Source: Hemiscyllium ocellatum
Lineage: Eukaryota
DNA: 64,000 bases
Direction: 5' to 3'
Assembly (NCBI RefSeq): GCF_020745735.1
Contig: NC_083446.1
Coordinates: 20,748,068 to 20,812,067 of the forward strand
Shown: positions 36,181 through 50,050 of the stretch, one piece after another
Numbering within the stretch: the stretch's first letter is position 1
How the letters are laid out: each line of letters starts with the position of its first letter
Program-made: the position numbers and the translations under genes
Notes under the pieces: model-generated
What the model was told of the DNA's origin: nothing
Seen by the model: only the letters and a program-made list of their open reading frames with translations
The model's database searches: none

Positions 36181-39100
36181 AAAAGAACAAAGAAAATTAC
36201 AGCCCAGGAACAGGCCTTTTGGCCCTCCAAGCCTGAACAGATCCAAATGTACTGTCTAATCTTGTCGGTCCATTCCTAGGCATCTATATTCCTCTGCTCC
36301 TCACCTACTGCATCTATCCAGACGTATCTTAAATGAATCTGCCGTGCCTGCCTCTGTCACCTCTGCTGGCAACGCGTTCCAAATGGCCACCACCCTCTGC
36401 GTAAAGCACTTTCCGCGTATATACCCTTAAACATTCGACCTGTCACCTTGAAAGCGTGACCTCTCGTTATTGAATCCTTCACCCTGGGAAAAAAACCTGT
36501 CTCTATCCACCCTCTATAAACCCTTCATGATTTTGTCAACCTCAATCAGGTCCCCCTTCAATGTCCTTTTTTCTAATAAAAATAAACCTAACCTACTCAA
36601 CCTTTCCTCATAGCTAGCACTTTCCATAGCAGGCAACATCCTCGTAAACCATTTCTGCACCCTCGTAAACGCGTCCACATAAGTTTGATAATGTGGCGAC
36701 CAGAAATGTACACAGCATTCTCAATGCGGCTGAACCAATGTCTTGTACAATGTTAACATGACTTGTCAGCTCTTATACTTCGTACCCCGTCCAATGAAGG
36801 CATGCAATCTATGTGCCTTCTTGACTACTCTATCCATCTGTGCAGCAACCTTCAGAGTACAATGGACCTGCACTCCCAGATCTCTCTACCCAACAACTTT
36901 TCCAAAGGCTCTTCCATTCATTGTGTAATTCGCTCTAGAATTAGTCTTGCCTCCAAGCATCACCTCATATTTGTCTGGATTGAAAACCATCTGTCACTTT
37001 TCCCCCCAAATCTCCAGTCTATTTATATCTTCCTGTATGCTCTGACAGTTCCTTTTGCTTTCTGCTACTCCCACCAATTTTCGTGTCATCTGCAAACTTG
37101 CTGATCATACCAACAGTGCCTTCTTCTAGATCATATATATATATATATACACACACACATTACAAACAGCAGTGGCCCCAACACTGTCCACTGTGGAACA
37201 CCACTGGCCACATTTCTCCATTTCGAGAACATCCCTTCAACTACTATTAACTCTCTCTCTCCTGTTTCGCATACAGTTCGTTATCCACCTACCGAGAACA
37301 CACTACACACCATACTACTTCAATTTCTCCATTAGTCTACCATGGTGAACCTTATCAAACGCCATATTAAAGTCCATGTATATGCCATCAACAGCCCTTT
37401 CTTCATCTAACAACTTGCTCACTTCCTTGAAGAAGTTAATTAAGTTGGTACGGCATGATCTCCCTCACACAAAACCGTTGTGCCTATCAGTGATAAACCC
37501 ATTCTTTTCTAAATATAGTTAAATCCTACCCCTCAATACCTTCTCCAGCAACGTTCCCACCACTGACGTCAGGCTCACTGGTCTTTTGTTAACCAGAATA
37601 TTCCTACTATCCTTCGTGTACAGTGGGCAACATAAGCTACCCTCCAGTCCTCCGGCACCTCACCTGTATTTAAGGATTCCACAAAGATATCTGTCAGGGC
37701 CCCAGCTATTTCCTCTTTCGCCTCCCTCAGCAACCTGGGATAGATCCCACCCGGTCCTGGGGATTTGTCCACCTTAACAACCTCTAGCCTTGCCAACACA
37801 TCTTCCCTTCTTATGTCAACGGGATTCAGACTAATCAAACCTCTATCTCTAATCTCAACATTTATCATGCTCCTCTCCTCAGTGAACACTGATGCAAACT
37901 AATCATTCAGAATTTCACCCATTCGCTCAGGTTCGTCACACAGCCTTCCTTAAATTTCCTTTAGTGGACAAATCCTTCCTCTAGTTACCCTCTTTCTTCT
38001 TATATAAGAATAAAATCCTTTGGGATTCTCCTTAATTCTTCTCACTAAAGCTATTTCATAACTCGTTTAAGCCCACTTGATTCCTCGTTTAAGAGTTGTC
38101 CTACTCTTCCGATATTCTTCCGGGCCCCCTTCTGTTTTTAGCTGCCTAGACCGTAAGTATGGTTCCCTTTTCCTCTTGGCTATGTACAACTTCTCCTGTC
38201 ATCCGTGTTTAATGAATGTTGCACTTCCCACCCTTTGCCTTCAGCGGGACATGCCTATCTTGCACTATCTTTAACCTATCTTTGAAAACCTCCCACATCT
38301 CAAATGTGGACTTCCCTCCAAATAGCTGTGTCCGTTCCACATTTCCGAGCTCCTGCCTAATTTTGAAATACTTGGTCTTGGCTCAGTTTAGTACTCTTCC
38401 CTTAGGACCACTCCCTTCTTTATCCACGAGTATACGAAAACTTACAATATTGTGGTCACTGTTCCCAAAGAAATCCCCCACCACAACATCTACCACCTGT
38501 CTTGCCTTGTTCCAACGTACCATGACCAATATGGGCTCTTCCCTCGTCGGACTATTTTCATATAGCAGTAGAAAACTCTCCTGGACACTTCCTACAAATT
38601 CTAGCCCACCCAGACTTGTGACACTAAGCATATTCCAGCAAATGTTGGGAACATTGAAATCTCCCATCACCACTACCTTATTGCCTCTCCATCTTTCCAT
38701 AATCTGTTTACCTATTTGTTCTTCTATCACATGCTCATTGTTGGGAGGCCCTCCTATACTATCTCTCAAGCCGCTGCACCCTTCTAGTTTCTCGACTCCA
38801 CCCATAATGCCTCACTACCGAAGACCTCCGTAGTGTGCCCCTTTAGCACAGCAGTGATATCGTCCTTGACCAGCAATGCAACTCCACCCCTCACTTTTAC
38901 TTCCCTCCCTGTACTGTCTGAAGCGTCTATATTCTGGAACGTTTAATTTCCAATCATCGTGCCCTTCCTCCAGCTAAGTCTCGGCGATTGCAATGATGTC
39001 ATACTCCCAGGCAGCAATCCAAGCCCTAAGTTCATCTGCCTCACACACTATACTCCTTGTACTAAAGTAGAAGCATTTCTGGCTATCAGTTTTATTGCGC

Positions 39101-39835
39101 TCATCTACTCTCTGCATATTCTTCCGATTATGAATGCCATCTTGAGAATTCTTACCATCTCCAGTCCCCACCTCACAGCCTACTTGTTTTCTCTTCTGGT
39201 TCCCAGTCCCCAGCCACACTTGTTGAAATATTCCCAACATCAGTAGACAACTGGCTGTTCACCCTTCCCTTTTAGAATGCTCTGCAGCGATCGATGATAT
39301 CACTGACCTGAGCACCTAGGAGGCAACATACCATCCATGAGTCCCGTATTTGGACACAGAACCGCCCATCTACTCCTCTTACAATAGAATTCCCTGTGAC
39401 AATGGCGCAATGAGTCTTTTGTTCGCCCTCTGAACAGCAGTACCTGCCACGAGGCCATGATCTTGACAGTTGCTTCCCTCCCCTGGTGAGCCATCTCACA
39501 AAACAATATCCGAAACGGTATACCTGTTTTGGAGGGAGATGACCACAGGGGACACCTGCACTGCCTTCCTAATCCTTTTCTGTCTTTTGTTCACCCATTC
39601 ACTGTCTCCCTCAGCAATTCTAAACTGCGGTGTGACCAGTTCATTAAACGTGCTATCCACGACCTCTTCAGCATCGCGGATGCTCCACAGTGCATCCATC
39701 CACAGCTCCAGAGACGTCATGCATTCAAATAAGAGCTGCGGCTGGACACACTTCTTGCTAGTGTAAGAGTCAGGAATGTCAGTCACGTTCCTAAGCTCCC
39801 ACATCAAGCAGGAGGCACAAGTCATGGGTCTGAGT
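36181..39835 (-). mobile_element. Near-complete degenerate CR1/HER1 LINE (ORF1 zinc-finger/esterase, ORF2 EN-RT, 3' tail)
   Basis: ORF1 CASCLMWE..C..LELWMDAL and IVTGNSIVRG (SGNH-like); EN WEYDIIAIAET, VVVMGDFN, NSDHN; RT KSPGPGGIYPRLL, VPEDWRVA; tail ends CTGTAATTTTCTTTGTTCTTT. Confidence 0.9.
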
Positions 39836-39917
39836 CAAACATTGTAGTTTGGCTAAAAGTTTGTCATAGTACAATGGAAGTTTATAGTATACATTTGCCT
39901 TACAGACATCTTACATT

Positions 39918-40086
39918 NNNNNNNNNNNNNNNNNNNNNNNNNNNNNNNNNNNNNNNNNNNNNNNNNNNNNNNNNNNNNNNNNNNNNNNNNNNNNNNNNNN
40001 NNNNNNNNNNNNNNNNNNNNNNNNNNNNNNNNNNNNNNNNNNNNNNNNNNNNNNNNNNNNNNNNNNNNNNNNNNNNNNNNNNNNNN
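39918..40086. other. Assembly gap (169 N)
   Basis: Direct reading. Confidence 1.
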
Positions 40087-40189
40087 TTGTTATTTTGGTA
40101 TTCTCTAATTAGATTCAGGGGTTCAGACTTTTTCACAAGTATGTTCGCGGTTGCTTTGATGTTTGTTTGGAATTGAGAATTAACCGGAG

Positions 40190-41040
40190 TTCAGAGTGCT
40201 TAGGATCATATAACTTGAGCAGTTATTTCAAACAAATCTGTATCTGCTCAAATGTTTCAATTATTGACTCATAGTCCATGACTTACATAGGAATTAATAT
40301 AAAGCTGACATGACAAAATTAGGTTAAAAAATAACGTCAGTGGACATTGGAGTGCGACAGAGAAATATAGGTTAAGTGAGTAATTAAAGACCTGACAAAT
40401 AGAGCTTTACGTGGAAAAACGTGAAGTTGTCCATTTTGACTGGAAGAAAAACATGTTTTTAAATAGAGGGAGATTCCACAGCTCTGAGATGCGGTGGGAT
40501 CAGAGTATAACATTACCTGAATCACAAAATGCTAGCATGCAGATACAGTACGTAATTATGAAAGCAAATAAATGCTTTCCTTTTATCGTGGGGGAATTTA
40601 AACACAAAAGTAGAGAACAATGTTGAGCTTGTATCTTGAATGCGATAATTCTTATGGTCACTTTGCTTATAGAAGGAAGTAAATACATTGGAGGCAGTTC
40701 AGAGAATGCATACCAGAATAATACCGACTGAATGACTTGTCATATAAAGGGAATTCGGATAGTTTAGGCTTTTGTCAGTTTGTGTTTAGGAGAGGAAGAG
40801 GCAAATTTATTTAAACAAGACTTTTCCTCTCAGAGAAGATACGAGAATGAAGGACTACTGTCTAAATGTCAGTGGTTGTCCATTTAAAACAGATCGAGAT
40901 GATTTCTTTTCTCTCAAAATGTGGAAACTCTGACCTGTTATTAAAGCAGAGCTATGGAATATTTTAAAGGCAAAGCTAAATAGTTTATTTTTGAGAGAGG
41001 GGTGGTGAAAGGTTTCCAGGTAGGCAGGAATGTGGATTTA
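40190..41040 (+). mobile_element. CR1 ORF2 C-terminus and 3' UTR
   Basis: NVEKREVVHFD motif and 3' UTR ending GGCAGGAATGTGG. Confidence 0.7.
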
Positions 41041-43020
41041 AAGTTACAGTTAATGAGACATACTCATGTTCAATATCTAACTCATCCCTGTTTGTATGCG
41101 ATGTGGCAGGTTGATTAAACTGCCAAATTGGCGTTTCAATGTAAAGATTCAACAAACAAGTTTATAATGCTGAAATCCTCCATCCTCGGAGATTTTTCAA
41201 TGGTTGAATTTTTCAAGTGTTTGTTTCAAATCACTTAATTTGTGCTGTAACACCAATTGCAGGTATGGAAACTGTGACACTTCCAAGGCAGAAGAGATTC
41301 CAGTAATGAATGCTGTGATCATAAAGAAAGTTCTTGTCCAATGTATGACTTAATTAAGTTTAATCTAGAACACAACAATGTGAAAGAAAATTGGTGCCAC
41401 TTCCTGGAAGTTCTATGGAGGGGCTTCTCTCTGAGTGCATGCCACAGCAATGCAACAAACTCCAGCCTACGGCAGTCACATTAACAAAGTTGCTTTACTA
41501 TGTATATAATGTTTGCATTTATCTAAGAGATTAGAGATTTTGCTGGCTTAAAAATAGTTGCATCATTACAAAACTTTCAAAAATGGTCAGTGGAAAATTG
41601 CTTTCCCATTCAATATTCAGATTTCAATTTGTAGTCGAACATTTAGATAGCTGAACTCTTAAGAAAGGATAAATATATTGAACGATTAGGGTTCCTATCT
41701 CCTCTGCTCCCCTCGTTCTGCCTGTGGTGTCTTTCAAATGCTGTATGAAAGTTTATAAAGAGAAACCTACTGTTTTTCATTGTTCCACTACCTCTGGAAG
41801 TTGACCTACTTAATAAATACAATTGATCAAAGAATATAATACTGAATCCCTGAGCATCCAACAATTTTATACAGCCATCAGCCAATTATGCTCACAAGAC
41901 CTAGCTTAAAATGTCTTCCTTCGTGACTAATTTCAGCTGTGTATACTGTGAAGAAGCGGGAAATTTAATTTCTCCAGGGACAGTTGCAGAAAATAGGAAT
42001 ATTGCTGGAGAGCTGTTGTTTAGATTGTTCGGGGCTGCCTCTTGAAAGCATGTAACAGCAGTGCAGCAAACAGCATTGCAGACCAGACCACAGTAATCGC
42101 ACTAAATTTGCATCTCTAATGCTTGCTTCGTTCCGACAGATTGAAGCTTTTATTTAACGATAACAACAGAATGTCTCCAAATAAAACGCGAAAGAACTGT
42201 GATTGCAGTAAATCAGAAAGAAAAACAGAGTTGTTGGAAAAGCCATTGCTTTCAAACATCCAAATCTCTTCAGTGAATTGTTTCTCCTTCATAATCCCGG
42301 TCCTGATAGTTTAACCTTCCATTGACCTCTCTGGCCTATACCGCAAGGAAAAATCCCATCTCTCCGACATTCTCTGCCTCTCCCTCTACCTGTGCTCTGA
42401 CGTTTTTGAAACCGGTCATGTAAGTTTGACAAAAACAAAATCACCAACTCAGGCAGTCATCCTTCTGCAGGGTGAACAATTTTTTTAAAACCAGCTGTAT
42501 AAACGCTGCAATACTGAATCCAGATCCTTCAGCCATTCCAACAGCTGGCACACAATAGTAGCTGGAAGCAAATGCGAACGTAAGGACTTAATTTATCTTG
42601 CCTGACCAGTTACAGGCATGGCAAGTTTGGTAATCCAAACTGCATGGGATATGGAAAATATAATTCTCCTGGATTGTTTGCAATAACAAGAAAGAATGCT
42701 TGATCTTTTGTGTAATTCGCACTTCATTTGATATTATATTTCCCAAGGCAATTTCTAGAGAGCAAGCGGTTCCTGTGAAGTTATGTAGATATTTCCTTCT
42801 GCATCCAGGAACCATGAAGCAGGCCCTAGTTATCACAGAAAGCTGAACCCACAAAAGATGTATTACATCCAGAAGTTAGAGGATGGTGTTATTTCTTACA
42901 CAGACTTTTGCAGTCATAATTTTATGAGTTCTGGTGAAGCCCGAGTGGTTGAACTGAGAGCTGGATTATAACGCGATGGTTGGCAGTGCCAAGGGTCGCA
43001 TGGTACTGACAGTAGCAAAT

Positions 43021-43379
43021 TCAGAATTTTCTGCCTGGTCACAAACCATTATTAAAATGGCATGATCCCAGGCGCTAACAGCGACAACAGAGTGAAGGCA
43101 GGGCAGCGACCTTTCCTTTTCTGCCATTAGTGGTGAGCATTGCTGAGCCTGTACTGAAGAGGTTTGCAGGCCAAAGCCCAGTATGGGAGTTGAGGAGCTC
43201 TATTGTTCACAACACAGACAGACATGAGTGTCTCTCAATTGGTGCCTTCATTTTCCCACCACTGACAAGATTATATAATAGTGCAGAAGGGAGTTGGGCT
43301 TTGCTCCTGAATTCCCCTCCTCTTGGTCTGACTAGTGAGAATCTTGGCAAGAGCCAGTTGATATGGAAAATTCAGCCCT
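43021..43379. mobile_element. Possible Harbinger-type MITE
   Basis: Right end GAAAATTCAGCCC (reverse GGGCTGAATTTTC); left end TTCAGAATTTTC is only a partial match. Confidence 0.3.
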
Positions 43380-43454
43380 GTATGTCGAGACAGTACCGAA
43401 GGTCCTCATTGGAGACATTGGAAAATTGCTTGCCTCGTCTCCATTTGGGCAGAA

Positions 43455-43545
43455 CAATGTGTTGCTGGAAAAGCGCAGCAGGTCAGGCAGCAACAAAGGA
43501 GCAGGAGAATCGACGTTTCGGCCATAAGCCCTTCTTCATTTGGGC
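43455..43545 (-). repeat. Short Penelope-terminus-like repeat; further copies near 15860(+), 45500(+), 45812(+), 50800(-), 62825(-)
   Basis: GCTGGAAAAGCGCAGCAGGTCAGGCAGCA...AATCGACGTTTCGGCCATAAGCCCTTC is homologous to 30546-30620. Confidence 0.65.
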
Positions 43546-43852
43546 CTGTAGCTCTTTAGTTGAGATATTTTGAAACCTTGCAACAGCTATAAATTATTGA
43601 AGAAATGTGTTGATTGCATCGTGTCTCCCTTTCTTTGCTTCCACATTCCAGACTCATTCTCTTGTTTTCCAAACAGTCAATGCGGGTTTTGGGGTAATAA
43701 ATCATCATCTACTGTAAAGGTTTATTGAAATAGTTTTACAAAACTAGCTATCAATGGCTTGAAATACTTACTCATTTTTTCAGGTTTATAATGATGATTT
43801 TATTGTGGATGTAGATGTATACTGAAAATGACTGAATAGCACGTTTCTGATT

Positions 43853-44469
43853 ATTTGCATATTACCTGACAGTCGGAAGTACAAGGTCGATGGAAAACTG
43901 TACACTTCAAAATCTACCATGACAAAAGTAAGTTTGAAAACAATTTGTGATTCATGTTTTGCTTCATTCAGACTACACAAAATAGAAAGGAGTTTACTTT
44001 TTTAGGGAAGGGAACACCACTCCAGGTCAGAGCATTTGCATTACTGTCTGTCTGTTATCTGCATTAGAATTAGGGCTTCAGAATTTTCGTTGAAAAATAT
44101 TGTATTGGGAGAGGAATCAAAGACATTGTAAGTTTGCTTGCATTTTGTTATTGAAGTTTCTAAACTCTGAATATGAATACATTCAAGAACTTGATATCCC
44201 ATTTCTGTCTCTAATCGTTATCACCAGCAACAAACGTTTTGAAGAACACATTCACCGTCTATTGTAGTCACCCATCTGGAGTGTGACCAGTTTCACTCAA
44301 ACGGCTGAATGCAGGCTGTAGTCCTGAATCTAGAATCTTCAGTCTTTCAAACAGCTGACACACAATTGTGGGATGGATGCAAATACTCATTTAAGTAACT
44401 TCATTTTTCTTTTTATGACCAATTGCAGGCATAGTAAGTGCGACAATCCAAACTGCGACGGAAATGAAA
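43853..44469. promoter_or_regulatory. Candidate B-cell enhancer (octamer/E-box/EICE cluster)
   Basis: Exact octamers ATTTGCAT at 43853-43860 and 44034-44041, and ATGCAAAT at 44377-44384. E-boxes CATCTG 44273 and CAGCTG 44352. GAGGAA 44111. Ets-IRF composite GGAAATGAAA 44460-44469. Motif evidence only. Confidence 0.35.
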
Positions 44470-47400
44470 CCTATCGTACGTCAGGACCAACTGAAGACAT
44501 TAAATGTCAGTTTGATCCAAAATGCAATTAAATTTCTGATTAATATTGTATTTGGAATAAAGGTTATTACTGGAGAACTAGCAATTCCTGTGAAGTTATG
44601 TAGGCATTTCCTTCTGCATATATGCGAGAACAATGTTCAGATACGCTATTCCAGGACATAGTTAGCACATGATGGAAATTGCTGGGCTCTGCCTCCCACA
44701 TGTGTATTTTTCCTGGAAGTTAGATTGTGGTGTTTTTTTAAAAACAAGACAGTTGCAGTAATAATGTTGTGAATTGTGGTGGAGTCCTGCTGCTTGGACT
44801 GAGAGCTGGAGCCAGCGCTGCTGTGAATGATGACACCACTAATGTTGGCATGCTGCTGATGTGGCCTGATCAAGAAGCTGTGGCTGGGTCACTATCCCAA
44901 GAATGAAACGGCCCAATCTAAAGAGTTGATGGTTTAATTGGAACATTAGCAGAGTGGCAAACCTTTCTGTACCACCATTAATATTTGCAATTGCTGAGCC
45001 AATACCCATTGATGAGGAAAAGTCAATCCTGTATGTACAGCCTGTATCCAAATTCTTCACTGGAGACATTGGACAGTTAGTTGCCCCTCTATAATTGCCC
45101 TAAGTTCTTTATTTAGACTGTTCTAGACTGTGCAACACGTGTAAAGTATTGAAGGACTGGGTTTGTCACATCCTTCATTTCCATGTTCCAGCCTGACAGT
45201 CAGTGGTTTGTAATCCTGACACTCCTATTCAAGTTTCTAAAAATGTTTTATTCTGAACGTAAATGTTTGCTTACATTGACTTAATGGCACTTGATGACCA
45301 TTTGCAGCTCTGAAAACATCAACTGATGAAAGTGCAGGGGAGCTGGTGATTCTGGTTCTCCAGAAACGAAGAAGATCATTGAAAAATAGCTGAGTACAAT
45401 GTGTGACTGTCTACTAACCGCCAGCAGATCTGGCTGCATCTGTCGAGCGAAAGCAGAGTTAATGTTTTTAGTTGCATGACTCATTTTCAGAACTTAAGTT
45501 CTCGCTGAAGAAGGGTCACTTGATTCAAGGTGAACTCTGCTTTCTTTCCACAGCTGCTGCAAAATATGTTGAGTTTCTCCAGCAACTTCTGCGTTTCTTT
45601 CAGATTGTCAACTTCCACAGTTCGTTATTTTCATTAAAGAAATTATTGACTGGCGTATAATCTTTGCTCTATCGTTAGTCTTGTAAAAATATATTTTAGG
45701 TGGAAGCTTGCTGTGAATATTGCAGACCTGATGCTGGGACTGATATCTGGAGGATTTGGCGTATGCTAATGATGGTATATTGCCAGTAGTGACCAATGAA
45801 GATATTCTTCATTGATGAAGGGCTTTTGCCCGAAGCAGCAATTTTCCTGCACCTCAGATGCTGCCTGACCTGCTGTGCTTGTCCAGCTCCATTCTAATCT
45901 AAAATGAAGAGATACTTGCCAGCGTTACTCATCAGTTGACGGCGCAGCTGAGTTTCAAGGGTTGCTACTCCAGTAAGAGGGAGGACAGATCAACACATTT
46001 CTGAGTCCTACTATTCATACTGATCATTGCTGAGGCTGCAAAGGTGGGCAGAATCAGGGAAATGAAGGTGGCAGGCCTGAGAACTTATGGAGAGTTAAGA
46101 GGTCAAAGAGAACTGGTCTATATCAGCATGGTTTGCAATGAGAAGTTGCCAGACTCCCTGCCTGCCATTTTCCAAGTCCTACCACTCCCAGTTAAAAGCC
46201 AATGAATATTTGAGCATCCATTAACACAAATTCTTTCAATAATGATTTCTCACCCTTCAATGTTCAGGCCGCCAGTTGTTCACTTCCAGGCATTGGACTG
46301 TGCAATGGGGCTAAATATATTGAAAGCACATTGACTACCTCACTCTCTGTTTCCCAATACAATGACATCGGCCACCTCCCCTCACCCCATCTCTTCAAAA
46401 AGTACACACCATGGTGTCCTGCAACCCTCTGTGTAAGTTGGAAAAAGTCAACATATATGGCAGTCATAGCTTATGAAAGTGGCCTTTTTAACAGAATGTA
46501 ATGTGAAAAGGAATTTCTGGAGAGCAGGAATTTCTGTAAGATTTCTGGAGGAACTTCCTCTTGACAACATCTCCCAGTGCTAGAGCAAACACCACCATTC
46601 CAGACCACAACCCCTCCCAATAGTTGCATTACTCCTGTTGATTAGGGTGATGCCTCTTTTTTAAAAATAAACATTCTGTATCAGCTCGATAGAGCCTTTC
46701 GATTGTCAGGGTTTATTTGCAAATGTTTGCAAGTCATTTATAGGTGTAAGTCCTTTGTTTAATTTGTGCTTCATGATGACTTGTGGCTGGAGATATTTTG
46801 ACAGACCAGATTGTCAGGAGGATGGGAATTAAAGACTTCCAGACGTGAGGAAGCAAGTTTGATTTGATCTGATTTTGATGTGGTTTAATTATGCTTCATT
46901 TGGAATACAACAATGTGAAAAGGGAATGTTGGAGAACCATTGATTCCTTCAAAATGATTTGTGCAATGCGACAGATGCCAGTCCAGACAATAGCAGCTAC
47001 ATTAACGATGCTGCTAGACTGCTCCCAAGGAATTTTAATATTAGTGATAGAGTTCTTTTGAACAGCTGTACGACCACCCTAAATGCTGAGACTGGAAATT
47101 ACTTGCTGATCAATATTCAGTTTCTGTTTCTGGACATTTGAGCTATAGTGAAAATAGTGAAAAATTGGTTTTCTCTCCTTCAACGCACCTCATCGCTTCT
47201 CTTTGCTTCACCTTCCAGCTCATCCTCACTCCCCCACTCCCAATTCCACACTACCTCCAAAATCATCGCCATGGTCTCCAAAGTCTGGTAACATTTGATG
47301 AAATATGGCTACATATTTGAAGAAATATGGCTATGGATTGGGACCAGTCCTAGACTCCTCGTTTTGGTCTATCTCCCACACAATGACGCCATTGAATGCG

Positions 47401-49779
47401 TTGCACTTTTTATAATTTACGTTGGCCAGAGGTCATGTGCATCCACAGATTCAGGCACTTTCCCTCATAATCATCATTTGTTTGAATCAAGCTTATAAAG
47501 TACTTTAATGCCGAATTCAATACAGACAGCATCACATCCACACCGTTTCACTGATGTCATGAACTAATCGACGCCTAAATACTGAAGTCATTATACTGCT
47601 CTGGATAAGAGACCTCCAATTACTCCTGAGTTTGGTATGGCCAGATTGTTCAGTAAACTCTGAACGGATGAAGGAGCAGGAAAGGAAAAGGAATAAAGTT
47701 CTTTTTTCAACAAAAGAGCCAATACTGAATAATATGACATGAACCTTCAGTAAATTTGAATAATGAGAAATTACTATGTTCGGATTCTGAATCAATCAAT
47801 GAGTTACAAATTATGCTTGTAAAGGTTAAATTAGCAATAGTGTGTAAGGAGCTTGAGTTTGTTATGCTGAGATAAGGAAGTTAAACTGATATCCTTGCAT
47901 TTGGGATGTTTTCCCTCTGTCCCAGTGCAGACAAGTCTTTATTTGACCTCCTTACTCCCCATCCACCAGCTCCTGCCCTCACAGCCAAAACTCGATGTTG
48001 ATAAGAAGTATCTTGCACATTTTTAAACTGATTTAACTGGTACTTTATGACTAGTTGCAGCTGTGAAAGTGTTGACATCTCACACTGTGAATTAGGTGTA
48101 AACTTAAGTTTGTCAGAAACTAAAGGAAACAAATTGGCAAGTAAGTTTGGTCTAATGTCAGATTAAATCTGCTATATTAGAGATCGAATAATGTGAAAGG
48201 GAAATGCTGGCAGTTGTTGTAAGATTATGTCAGGATTGCAACACGAAGGCAGTGTGGTGGACACTGACACAGATTAGAACAAGCACAGAAAACAACTGCT
48301 TGACTGATTCAGAAATGCTTGGCTTATTTTGAGAGACCAATCTTGAATCATCATAAATCATCCAAAGTTTTGCAATGGTCGGTTGAATTTTGTTTGTCGT
48401 TCAGTGTGAAGGTCTTGCATAGCCCAAAAATGGCTTGAAACAAGGGTGACATACCGAAGAAATCGTTTTCTCTTCTTTTCACTCTGTACAATCTCTTCCA
48501 CACCCCAGCCCCAGCATTGCCTCAGTGTGGTGTACTGTTGACATTCTGTGGAAGTTAAAAGAACACCATAACTACACGATCAAGATGGTTCATGATACAT
48601 CTTGAAAACAAATAAAGTCCCACCAACATTTTCCAGATCATAAGACAGCATTGTCAAGACGCTCCAGGCGGGTGGGTGGTGAAGGCAGCAATAACGAGTA
48701 ACATTAGCAATATTACAAGACTGTGATTCAAGGTAAACTGATTTGTCATTACCCCCTCATTAACTTCACCATGACAAGCTAAAATCGGGAGCATTGGAAT
48801 ATTCACTGCTCACCTGGTGATTGGTATAATTTCAACAACACTCAAAAAGCTCAGTATGATCAAAGAGAGAGCAGTTTGATTGTCTGGCAAAAGAAGTAAC
48901 GTACCTAATTTCCACTCCCTTCACTATCACTGAGCTAAGATGTTGGGCTACTTAGCACTTACAGTCGACGGAATGAACTACACCAACTCATTCGACTTAC
49001 ACTGAAAGTACTTTTCCAATCTATAGTCTCGATATCTGAATAGAACAACGATCAGTTAAAGGTCTGTTACACCTGATTCTGACTTTGCATGGATATCTCT
49101 GTTCTTTTATATCACTATGGCAAAATATTGCGATTTATTAAAATTGCACAGTCATTGACGAACTTAAGAAAACTAATCGACCAGGCTTGGAATATTGATT
49201 CTCAAGTCTGCGATTTGTTTTTTTTTTCTGCAATTGGTTTGGGCTTAATTCTGGATAAGTTTACTGATGTTAAGTAACTTAACTTGTGCTCTTGGAAGAA
49301 TTTCTGTTCTGGAAACATTGTCAGTGCAAACAGTGAGGGAAATGGGAATGCAGGTTCTCCTCGATCAAGTGAAGTAATTGCGAAGTTAGTTTAGTTGCAT
49401 GCATGACTAAGTTAGTCATTATATCAGAATATGACAAACCATTAGGAAATAACTGGTGATCTGGTATTTTGTGCAATGTTATACAACGATCAATGGTAAC
49501 AACTCGGAGACAATGATTTGATCAGCTCTCAAAGAGGAATTTGCCTATGTTCACTCCCAAATCCTTTTACTATGTGATACTGCGAAACCTCTCCTTATGA
49601 AAATTGTAGATTGTTTTTAAAGACCTCGGTTGAAGCTGCCTCCTCTACTACACGAATAGGCAGAACATTCCAGTTTCTGAATTATGCTGTTTTTAAAAAA
49701 AAGTAATCATTGTAACAGTTGTTTTATTTTGCTGACCATCTTATATCAGTGTCTTTTTCTTCTCAAGCCTTTTAAAAAT

Positions 49780-50050
49780 AGAATCTGTACAGTATGGAAA
49801 CAGGCCACTTGTCCCAACAAGTCCTCACCAACCATCCAAAGAGTCACCAATCCAGATGCATCCTGCTATACTTTTACTCTACTCTATCCAAATCCCTCAT
49901 GATTTTGAACACTTGTAAAACGTCTTCTTCATCTTTTGTTCCCTGTAAAGAGAAGCCAGAGCTTCTTCAAACTATCCACATAGGTGTCCAGTTGCTCATC
50001 TCTGGTACCATTTTTGTGTACCTTTTGTGCACCTTCTTAAATCCCTTCCT
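49780..50050 (-). mobile_element. CR1/HER1 3' fragment
   Basis: ATAGAATCTGTACAGTATGGAAACAGGCCACTTGTCCCAAC is the reverse of the tail. Confidence 0.6.

Noticed and set aside
38216-38833. Longest ORF in the track (205 aa)
   Set aside because: Antisense shadow of the CR1 endonuclease domain.
39874-40176. ORFs spanning X residues
   Set aside because: Artefacts of the N gap.
47490-47700. Strong minus-strand acceptor and an MTSVKRCGC stretch reminiscent of TGF-beta C-termini
   Set aside because: The other cystine-knot cysteines are absent and a stop lies immediately upstream; likely chance.
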